DNA of 37,834 nucleotides, taken from the IMG/VR virus record IMGVR_UViG_3300040801_005339; one strand, 5' to 3'. Shown here one piece after another: positions 7,431 to 14,059 of this stretch. Position 1 is the stretch's first letter. Every line of letters starts with the position of its first letter. Below the pieces are notes generated by a model that worked only from the letters and a program-made list of their open reading frames with translations, ran no database searches and had not been told where the DNA came from. A program made the translations under genes and the position numbers. Origin of the DNA: a virus.

Positions 7431-7507
7431 TTATTTTTATCTAAATATTTTCGAAGAAAAGCTAGATTTTAAGATATTTTTCTGTTACAATTTTTTAAAA
7501 TTTAATT

Positions 7508-8539
7508 ATGAATAAACTAATAACCAGTCTATTAGCGGGATGGAAGGCTGCCGCATTGTCAGGATTCCTCTATAAAAATCTAGCATATAAAGAGAAAACC
7601 TTTAACGCCTATTGTTTCTATCTTTTGTATTATTTGAAACATTACGTGTACTCAGATATCGCTAGTGATATCAATGAGATCAGAGTCCCATATATTGAAA
7701 TGAAAATAGATAATTACAATAATAAGCAAGCTATAAAAGAGTTTGTAGAAAGGCTTTACGATACAGATAATTTTTTTAACTTGTTTATAGACTGTACCGA
7801 AAAGAACTACAGCAAGAAGAAGCAGATCAAAAGTGCAATTATAAGTTTTGGTAGATATTTAATATATAGAAAGTATGCAACCGAGGAACAGATAAAAGCT
7901 ATAGATAACCATAAAATTAAACGAAGCCATGTTTTAAAAAGACCTACCTTCGATCGAAAGTATATACAGGGTTTGGTAGACAATCTTGAAGAGAATCAGA
8001 TGGACAACTTTTACACTTGGATTAACAAAGCTCTTATTATGACAGCATTTGAAAGTAGCTTACGAAGAGTAGAAATGTCTAATTTGAAATTTAAAGATGT
8101 TAATCTCATGAAAAGAGAAATTCAAGTCATTGAAGGCAAAGGACGTAAAAATAGAATTGTACCAATTACAGATAACCTTCTTAATTATTTACAAAAATAT
8201 TTAATACTCAGATCATCAATCCCTGATAAGGAGTGGTTTTTCTGCACTATTGATGGTGGGAAACTCACTGGTGGAGCGATAAAGTGTAAACTAGCCAGGA
8301 TTAGAAAAAAATATAACATTGAAGGTTTTAGCGCACACGCAATGCGAAGATCCTTTGTCACAAACTGTTTAAGGGAAAATAGACCAATACGCCACGTACA
8401 AAAAATATGCGGTCATAGTAACATTGGAACAACTGCAATGTATGAAACGCTTGACCAGCAGCAGGTTGTGGACGATGCAAAAAAATGGGGAAGTCGCCGC
8501 GAGCAGCAAAATGATTACAGTTCAAACTATAATTTATAG
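7508..8539 (+). CDS. int: Tyrosine recombinase / phage integrase
   Basis: 343 aa. SLRRVEMSNL (Arg), GKGRKNR, HAMRRSF (H-x-x-R), GHSNIGTTAMYE (His and catalytic Tyr). Adjacent to the tRNA fragment. Confidence 0.9.
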   Translation: MNKLITSLLAGWKAAALSGFLYKNLAYKEKTFNAYCFYLLYYLKHYVYSDIASDINEIRVPYIEMKIDNYNNKQAIKEFVERLYDTDNFFNLFIDCTEKNYSKKKQIKSAIISFGRYLIYRKYATEEQIKAIDNHKIKRSHVLKRPTFDRKYIQGLVDNLEENQMDNFYTWINKALIMTAFESSLRRVEMSNLKFKDVNLMKREIQVIEGKGRKNRIVPITDNLLNYLQKYLILRSSIPDKEWFFCTIDGGKLTGGAIKCKLARIRKKYNIEGFSAHAMRRSFVTNCLRENRPIRHVQKICGHSNIGTTAMYETLDQQQVVDDAKKWGSRREQQNDYSSNYNL

Positions 8540-8701
8540 CTTTTCTTCTTAACCTTTCAGATAAGATTCGGCGTTGAAAAATTTTTAAAAAATTTTTTAG
8601 CTTGCTACAAAGCTTTTTTCTGCACCATTCAACTTTTCTACGAAATGAGGCATGTTGCGTACGGTTGAGTTTCTGTGTATGATGAAATCAGTTCGAAAGA
8701 G

Positions 8702-8714
8702 CCAATCACATAGA
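8702..8714 (+). repeat. 13-mer box CCAATCACATAGA, copy 1
   Basis: Exact repeat of 8793..8805 inside the 454-nt non-coding gap between int and the DinD-like gene. Confidence 0.8.
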
Positions 8715-8792
8715 AAGAGTTTTTTTAATTGTTTCTATAAAATAAAAGAGCCAAGCAGTTAGCGCTACTTGACTCAACCACCTTAAATTTAA

Positions 8793-8805
8793 CCAATCAC
8801 ATAGA
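8793..8805 (+). repeat. 13-mer box CCAATCACATAGA, copy 2 (enclosed by CCACC/GGTGG arms)
   Basis: Exact repeat of 8702..8714. Confidence 0.8.
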
Positions 8806-8879
8806 TTTGGTGGCTATAAAATTGTTATCCTCTTAGGTTAACAATTTAAAGCTTAGCAAAGGTGACTTATTAATGCAAC

Positions 8880-8904
8880 AGCTAAGGGGTCGAACCCCTT
8901 AGCT
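8880..8904 (+). terminator. Strong GC-rich hairpin, candidate intrinsic terminator or structured RNA element
   Basis: AGCTAAGGGGT-CGA-ACCCCTTAGCT, 11 perfect bp, followed by TGGATTTTGAT. Confidence 0.45.
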
Positions 8905-8993
8905 TGGATTTTGATAGTCACACTGGTGGCTGATATCAGCACTTTTATTAATTTTGGTATATTTTGAACTCTAAAGATAAGAAAGGAGTTATA

Positions 8994-9521
8994 ATGACAA
9001 ATACACTAACAAAATTTACAGATTCGCCGTTCGAAACACTTAAAAAAGAAGATGATAATGGACATAATTATTGGCTCGCACGAGAGTTGCAACAATTGCT
9101 TGGATATAACCATTGGAGAAACTTCAACTTAGTAGTAAAAAAAGTTCAAAAGTCTTTCGAGAATTCATTTTTACGCCAACCAAACACTGTCGCTGACGCA
9201 TCTTTGACGACACCGTCAAAGATGCAAGTTGAAGAAACGAATAACTATGCAGTTAGAAATAATGATGAAAAATATAAAGTTATCGACTACAAATTAAGCC
9301 GCCAAGCCTGCTATATTATCGCCATGAACTGCGATCCTAGTAAACCTGAAATTAGAGAAGCTCAGCGCTACTTTGCCTGGTGCACAATTCAGATGGAAGA
9401 GCATAAGCGTAAAGAAAGAGAAAGGCAGCTTAAATGTTTCCCAGAATTCGTTATAAGCATGGGCTACACTGAACTTAAAAAAGAGCTCGCAAAACAGGAG
9501 CAGGAGGCGAATGAAGGATGA
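8994..9521 (+). CDS. DinD-like (DNA-damage-inducible protein D family) / Bro-N-type DNA-binding protein, antirepressor-like
   Basis: YWLARELQQLLGYNHWRNF and KLSRQACYIIAMNCDPSKPEIREAQRYFA match remembered DinD family blocks. ATG 8994 follows AAAGGAG. The TTG at 8964 in the ORF track is less likely. Confidence 0.65.
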   Translation: MTNTLTKFTDSPFETLKKEDDNGHNYWLARELQQLLGYNHWRNFNLVVKKVQKSFENSFLRQPNTVADASLTTPSKMQVEETNNYAVRNNDEKYKVIDYKLSRQACYIIAMNCDPSKPEIREAQRYFAWCTIQMEEHKRKERERQLKCFPEFVISMGYTELKKELAKQEQEANEG

Positions 9522-9781
9522 AGTTATTTACGCCCATAGAGTTGCATATGAAGTTTAAAGAGCGCGAAATAACGATTATTAAACACTTAGCTTGTGGTCT
9601 TCAAAATAAAGAAATAGCAGCGCGGATACACCTATCATCACCTAGCGTGAGTATTGCACTAGGTAGGATTAAAGATAAAATATACAGGCATACCAGCAAG
9701 TGGTTAAGTCGACGTGAGATGACAATTTATGCTTACGAGTACTGGTTCTATTACCTACCTAATAAACAAAAAGCTGACTAA
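9518..9781 (+). CDS. LuxR/GerE-type helix-turn-helix transcriptional regulator, stand-alone, 87 aa
   Basis: REITIIKHLACGLQNKEIAARIHLSSPSVSIALGRIKDKI fits the LuxR C-terminal HTH pattern. ATGA overlap with the upstream gene. Confidence 0.75.
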   Translation: MKLFTPIELHMKFKEREITIIKHLACGLQNKEIAARIHLSSPSVSIALGRIKDKIYRHTSKWLSRREMTIYAYEYWFYYLPNKQKAD

Positions 9782-9794
9782 TAATAGTCAGCTT
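9771..9794. terminator. Perfect 10-bp hairpin overlapping the LuxR-type gene stop
   Basis: AAGCTGACTA-ATAA-TAGTCAGCTT. The A-tract lies upstream, so the U-tract is on the minus-strand reading. Confidence 0.35.
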
Positions 9795-9905
9795 CAGCAA
9801 GCGAGAAAGAGTAAATATGAACAAAATAAACTTAAAGAAATCTCGCTTGATTTCTATAATAGCTACTTAATCAAACTAAAAAACTTATAAAAGGAATTTA
9901 CAAAA

Positions 9906-10145
9906 ATGTTAAACGGACGCCAAAAGCGGCTAATAAAGAGACTCGCCCATTTATTACAATCTGACCCAGATCAAAACGAAGAGGAAATTAAGCTAGTATC
10001 CAAAAGATTTAAAAGAGAAAGCAGGGTATTGGCTGCTAAAGTTTGCCAACGCTTAAGTCAAGGGATGATTAAAGATAATCACCAATTGAGTACGAGTGAT
10101 GCAAAAACTATTATCGAAGGAGTTATAAAAGAAGCAAATGGATAA
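9906..10145 (+). CDS. Hypothetical protein, 79 aa
   Basis: ORF track. 8-nt overlap with the next ORF. Confidence 0.5.
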   Translation: MLNGRQKRLIKRLAHLLQSDPDQNEEEIKLVSKRFKRESRVLAAKVCQRLSQGMIKDNHQLSTSDAKTIIEGVIKEANG

Positions 10146-10485
10146 TCTAACACTAATTGACGCTGTGACGAGCAATACTGCTGGCATGATGTTATATGAG
10201 TATACTTGCTTGGTGGATCAAAGAGTAAAGCAACTTGAAAGCCTAAGGCAAAAAAGTATTACGATACTCGCTATAAAGCTAGCTAACTTAGAAAAAACTA
10301 AAAATATATTACAAGCTACAGGAGAGCTTGACGAGTTCCTGAGGCTCAAAATACAAAATGAGATTGATAACTTAAATGAAGCTATCAGCCAGCTTAATGG
10401 ACTAGAAATAGTATTAGCTGGTCAACTTGAGCCAACGATTAACTTAAAAGTTAGCCAGGCTTTATCTAAGTTAAAGCAAGATTAA
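10138..10485 (+). CDS. Hypothetical coiled-coil protein, 115 aa
   Basis: ORF track. Heptad-like Leu/Ile/Glu pattern. Confidence 0.55.
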   Translation: MDNLTLIDAVTSNTAGMMLYEYTCLVDQRVKQLESLRQKSITILAIKLANLEKTKNILQATGELDEFLRLKIQNEIDNLNEAISQLNGLEIVLAGQLEPTINLKVSQALSKLKQD

Positions 10486-10511
10486 GAATTGAATTTCAGA
10501 AAAGTAAAAAC

Positions 10512-10606
10512 TTGCATAGGTTAATAAAGATTTTTAGTTACTACTGTGCAAAAACTATCAAAAACTAACCAATATACACACTGCACCTAACTTTAATGAT
10601 TGTGCA
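10512..10606 (+). promoter_or_regulatory. Promoter/operator-like module, copy D (TTGCATA -32- CTGTGCA -56- TTGTGCA)
   Basis: The 39-nt block TTGCATAGGTTAATAAAGATTTTTAGTTACTACTGTGCA is near-identical to 33102, 33399 and 33584. It lies just upstream of ORF 10629. Confidence 0.55.
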
Positions 10607-10628
10607 TTACTAAATTTAAAAGGAACAC

Positions 10629-11312
10629 ATGAACACAAATTTATTATTTATCGAAATGGTAACTCTCTTAAACCCAGTCATAATAGATCACCAGAAGAAA
10701 TATGAGTGGTTTGGCTGGCTGATATACGACAACTTACCTGTATCTCAGTTAACGGGCTATGAAAAATTCACAAGCAGAAAAGAATCTAATATTCAAATCA
10801 TAGAAAATGAACCATTCTTTACAGCTGAAGGCGCTAGGTATTTCTGTGAAGTGACAAGGAAAGCAGCAAAATCAAAAACTGGCGGCGAGTGGGTTGCAGC
10901 TTCGTCAAACTCAGTAAAGTTGTATTCGCTTCACTGCTGCATGAAAGGTAAATGTGACAATATACACGAAGATAATCCCGAAAGATTGCAATCCGAAAAA
11001 CCTAAATTAATAGCCAAAAAATTTAGGTTAATCGAAGACATTGGCAACCAGAAATATTATCAATCTGGCAAAGGTGCAGAAGTTAGAAAAAACAGAAACT
11101 TGCCGCCGCTTAATTATCTAAATGACGACCCGACGATGGAAATCGATGATATCGTTGAAGCTTTAGCTGAAGTGTACAGCGATAAATACAACGAGTTTAG
11201 ACACAAGTATTTTCCTCTCGAGAAAGTTGATCCTGATGCCGCTAGAGAGCAGCGAGAAATTAAAGATGATGCAGCTGATATTAAAGCTCAGCTTAAAAGT
11301 AGGCTCGTATGA
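10629..11312 (+). CDS. Hypothetical early protein, 227 aa
   Basis: ORF track. Follows module D. No motif recognised. Confidence 0.6.
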   Translation: MNTNLLFIEMVTLLNPVIIDHQKKYEWFGWLIYDNLPVSQLTGYEKFTSRKESNIQIIENEPFFTAEGARYFCEVTRKAAKSKTGGEWVAASSNSVKLYSLHCCMKGKCDNIHEDNPERLQSEKPKLIAKKFRLIEDIGNQKYYQSGKGAEVRKNRNLPPLNYLNDDPTMEIDDIVEALAEVYSDKYNEFRHKYFPLEKVDPDAAREQREIKDDAADIKAQLKSRLV

Positions 11313-11632
11313 ATAAATTAGATAGATTTTTAAACGTATCAACAATAACTTATCCATATAAAGTAATCTTCTTTTTGCTGAATAGAAATAATCGATTCAT
11401 TGATCGCAGGGGTATTTTCAAGTTCATTTACGGTGAAGAGTATAAAGATCCGATTTATGACAAAAAGAACATCTTGAATCAGGTGCAAAGAGCCAGAGCA
11501 ATATTAAAAAAATACAACTTGAAGCTCGAAATAGTTCAGCACGAAAACGCTTATATGCTGTTTGGTGACATAGAAACTAAAGCAGCTATAGCTAATTCTA
11601 AGATTTATAAAATTTACCAGGAGGTGACATGA
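11309..11632 (+). CDS. Winged-helix DNA-binding protein, OmpR/PhoB C-terminal-domain-like, stand-alone
   Basis: FIDRRGIFKFIYGEEY...NILNQVQRARAILKKYNLKLEIVQHENAYMLFG resembles the Trans_reg_C pattern. ATGA overlap with the upstream gene. Confidence 0.4.
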   Translation: MNKLDRFLNVSTITYPYKVIFFLLNRNNRFIDRRGIFKFIYGEEYKDPIYDKKNILNQVQRARAILKKYNLKLEIVQHENAYMLFGDIETKAAIANSKIYKIYQEVT

Positions 11633-11799
11633 TGATGATTGCTTTATTTATATACCTTGTAGTATTGCCTTTGCTTTGGAAACTGGCTGATCACCTACGA
11701 AAAGAAAACGAGGACTGTTTGTACATAGGTACTCTGCACCCTAGGATACATCCGCCGCCTAAAGAACACCTATTGCCAAGTGAGGAGAAAGACAAGTAA
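11629..11799 (+). CDS. Small membrane protein, 56 aa (below the ORF-track cutoff)
   Basis: Hand translation MMMIALFIYLVVLPLLWKLADHLRKENEDCLYIGTLHPRIHPPPKEHLLPSEEKDK. GGAGG lies upstream. ATGA overlap with the previous stop and TAATG overlap with the next start. Confidence 0.5.
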   Translation: MMMIALFIYLVVLPLLWKLADHLRKENEDCLYIGTLHPRIHPPPKEHLLPSEEKDK

Positions 11800-12521
11800 T
11801 GGAAAAGCAAATAAAAATAATAGACAAACAAAATACTGAAGATAAATTTATTGAAGTAAGATTTACTTTAAAAGATTTAAATTGGTTTTTAAGGGAAGCA
11901 GAAAAAATCTCAGTTGACGAAGAAATGGACGCATACCACATATGCGACGAAAGTAATATGGCTTGGGGTAGTTGCACGGGCTCAACTCTTGTTTTCCCGT
12001 GTGTTGAGCTTGTGCACGAGGATGATTTATTTTGTCAAATTAAGCTAATCTATTCTATCAAATACCAACGCTTCGACGTGTACGAATTGAATGAAGATGG
12101 ATATTTAATAGAATTTGAGCCTGGCTATATAGATAGTGACGATATAAATGTCGAAAGCAACAGAGACTTTCAAGTTTTTTTTGATAACGATTTCATGGAA
12201 AAATTTATTTCAGGAATCTATGAATTAAAAATAAAGGAATACATATCTGAAAAACAAAAAGCTTTGCATAATATATTAACTGAATACACCAATGTCTCAG
12301 CTAATGGCTATAAACCAGCACAAGAGCCTACTTTTCAAGCGATTTTAGAAGCCGATATCAAAAAAGAAGATGACAATATAGCTAACGTAAGATCTAAGTT
12401 AGCTTGTGGCGATTGTGAAGAGTGCAACGCGGCAAGCTTAATTAGAGCTTATGAAAACCGAAAATCCAAGATAGCTAAAGAGCTTGAATTTTTAAAGCAG
12501 GAGCTGAAAAGTGAAAGTTGA
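11799..12521 (+). CDS. Hypothetical acidic protein, 240 aa
   Basis: ORF track. CGDCEECN cysteine cluster near the C-terminus. Confidence 0.6.
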   Translation: MEKQIKIIDKQNTEDKFIEVRFTLKDLNWFLREAEKISVDEEMDAYHICDESNMAWGSCTGSTLVFPCVELVHEDDLFCQIKLIYSIKYQRFDVYELNEDGYLIEFEPGYIDSDDINVESNRDFQVFFDNDFMEKFISGIYELKIKEYISEKQKALHNILTEYTNVSANGYKPAQEPTFQAILEADIKKEDDNIANVRSKLACGDCEECNAASLIRAYENRKSKIAKELEFLKQELKSES

Positions 12522-12696
12522 TAGATTGCTACTGGTGTTAATCTCTGTTTATATACTAGGGTTAACTACTGGTGTATTAATCATGTCACCTACCAAGCGC
12601 AAGGTTAACGTCATAGTCACAAGGTGCACACCAGGGTCACTACCCATTGAAATTTTGATGCATGAATTCATTCACGATGAAGTTTACAAACCTTAA
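12511..12696 (+). CDS. Small membrane protein, 61 aa
   Basis: GTG start overlapping the previous gene. LLLVLISVYILGLTTGVLIM TM helix. Confidence 0.45.
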   Translation: MKVDRLLLVLISVYILGLTTGVLIMSPTKRKVNVIVTRCTPGSLPIEILMHEFIHDEVYKP

Positions 12697-13823
12697 TTAT
12701 ACTCATGAACAGTAATCTTAGAGCCAGCTTTAATCTGAATATTTGAACCAGAGCTGGCTTTATACATAATTCTATAATGAGCTTGCGATTCCGAGCCTGG
12801 AACATCTTGATCATCTTCTTCACTCCAGCTAAAGCAATCAGCAAGAACAGCTTTTGAAGCCGAAGCGCCGTATTCTTCTACTTCTATAAAGCTACCACCT
12901 CTGATAGTTGATTGGTCATCATTATCACCAGTTTTGTGAACAACTCTATACTGAGGCGTAGAATCATTAGCGGTATGACTATATTCAAAGTAGATCGGAA
13001 TCTCTTGAAGAGATGAATTTTGAAAGCCACCTTTTTGTTTATTTGAAAAAAACTGCAAATCTTGCCAGCTGCCACCAGCGTTATACTGAAGTGCAAATTC
13101 ACCGTTAACTATTGAACCCTTGTTATCTTTCAGTTCAGAATTTATAAATACTTTCACATTGCGCTTATTTGCGCCTGAAGCAGAAGTGTAATTAATTGAA
13201 AGTCCAGAATCTGTAAACGCGGTGCTTTTTGTTGAAGAGTCAGAACTCAAACTAGATTTAGAGCTTTTAACTAAGCCAGAGCCACCAGCAGCGCCTTCTA
13301 ACTTTTTGCTGAAGCGCTTTATGTCAGTCCAGTTAGAGTTATTAAGGGATTTTTGCAAAGTTATCTCACCTGCCGCAGCTGAAGCTGAATTATTAGTTAT
13401 TTCAAAATCAACAAAAAATTGTGCAATTCTGAGATTGGCTTTATCTTGAGGTGTATAACTTAATTTAAGTTGAGATATGGCGGTATCATTAGTGCTGGTG
13501 GTGTTTGCGTTGTTAGAAGACTTAGCAGTTTGCCTGGCGACAAGTTCACCAGCACCAGTTGGTGTACTACCACCGCCTCCTCCGCCGCCAGAATTATTAA
13601 CAGTTGTAGTAGCAATGTTTTGAGCAATTTGAGAAACGGCATTTTTAATTGAGTTATAGTTACTGGTGCCCAGCGTCTGATTGCCAGCTTCAATTAATCT
13701 ACATAAACCTTCGTTTATTGCATTGAGAAAAGCTGCGTCAATTACAGAGCCATCTCTTTCACCGGGTACTGCATTTACCCATTTTCCATCAACTGTATCA
13801 TTACCTGTTGGTCTTGCTGTCAT
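12693..13823 (-). CDS. Tail fibre / receptor-binding protein candidate (last gene of the main virion operon)
   Basis: 376 aa, Ser/Asn/Thr/Gly-rich, G7 run, two similar halves (NNSNWTDIKRFSKK / AGGSWQDLQFFSNK). Position after the gpI-like baseplate gene. Confidence 0.5.
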   Translation of the reverse strand: MTARPTGNDTVDGKWVNAVPGERDGSVIDAAFLNAINEGLCRLIEAGNQTLGTSNYNSIKNAVSQIAQNIATTTVNNSGGGGGGGSTPTGAGELVARQTAKSSNNANTTSTNDTAISQLKLSYTPQDKANLRIAQFFVDFEITNNSASAAAGEITLQKSLNNSNWTDIKRFSKKLEGAAGGSGLVKSSKSSLSSDSSTKSTAFTDSGLSINYTSASGANKRNVKVFINSELKDNKGSIVNGEFALQYNAGGSWQDLQFFSNKQKGGFQNSSLQEIPIYFEYSHTANDSTPQYRVVHKTGDNDDQSTIRGGSFIEVEEYGASASKAVLADCFSWSEEDDQDVPGSESQAHYRIMYKASSGSNIQIKAGSKITVHEYN

Positions 13824-13858
13824 ATTTAAATTATCTATCTATATTTATCGATAAAACT

Positions 13859-14056
13859 TTAGCTTGGTCTTTCTGTTTTATACGGATGCCCGTCAGGTAG
13901 TCTATCACCATTACCAAACCACTTCCATATCAAGTAAGCCTCGGTCTTGGCGATATCTTGATCACCATCACCAGTTATAATAACCTCAGCTATATCAGCT
14001 TTCGCTTGACCTGTATCACCATTAAGTAGAGTAAATCTATTTTGTGAATCGCTCAT
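13859..14056 (-). CDS. Hypothetical protein, 65 aa
   Basis: ORF track. Lies between the gpI-like gene and the fibre gene. Confidence 0.45.
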   Translation of the reverse strand: MSDSQNRFTLLNGDTGQAKADIAEVIITGDGDQDIAKTEAYLIWKWFGNGDRLPDGHPYKTERPS

Positions 14057-14059
14057 TAA

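Noticed and set aside
7359-7434. Possible complete tRNA gene carried by the phage
   Set aside because: Only 4 of 7 acceptor-stem pairs form (GCTGAAA versus CCCCAGC). The D-stem cannot pair and the molecule would be about 4 nt short. It is better explained as the attP copy of the 3' part of a host tRNA-Thr.
8652-8762. 36-aa plus-strand ORF (MLRTVEFLCMMKSVRKSQSHRKSFFNCFYKIKEPSS) in the int-DinD gap
   Set aside because: The GAGG lies only 1 nt before the ATG, which is poor spacing. There is no coupling to neighbours, and the region is better described by its repeats and hairpins.
8964-8993. TTG start at 8964 for the DinD-like gene
   Set aside because: ATG 8994 is preceded at proper spacing by AAAGGAG, whereas the TTG has no RBS. 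The 10 extra residues add nothing recognisable.
11163-11977. Minus-strand ORFs 11163..11357 and 11759..11977
   Set aside because: Both lie antisense to tightly coupled plus-strand early genes, with low-complexity hydrophobic translations. They are likely spurious in AT-rich DNA.
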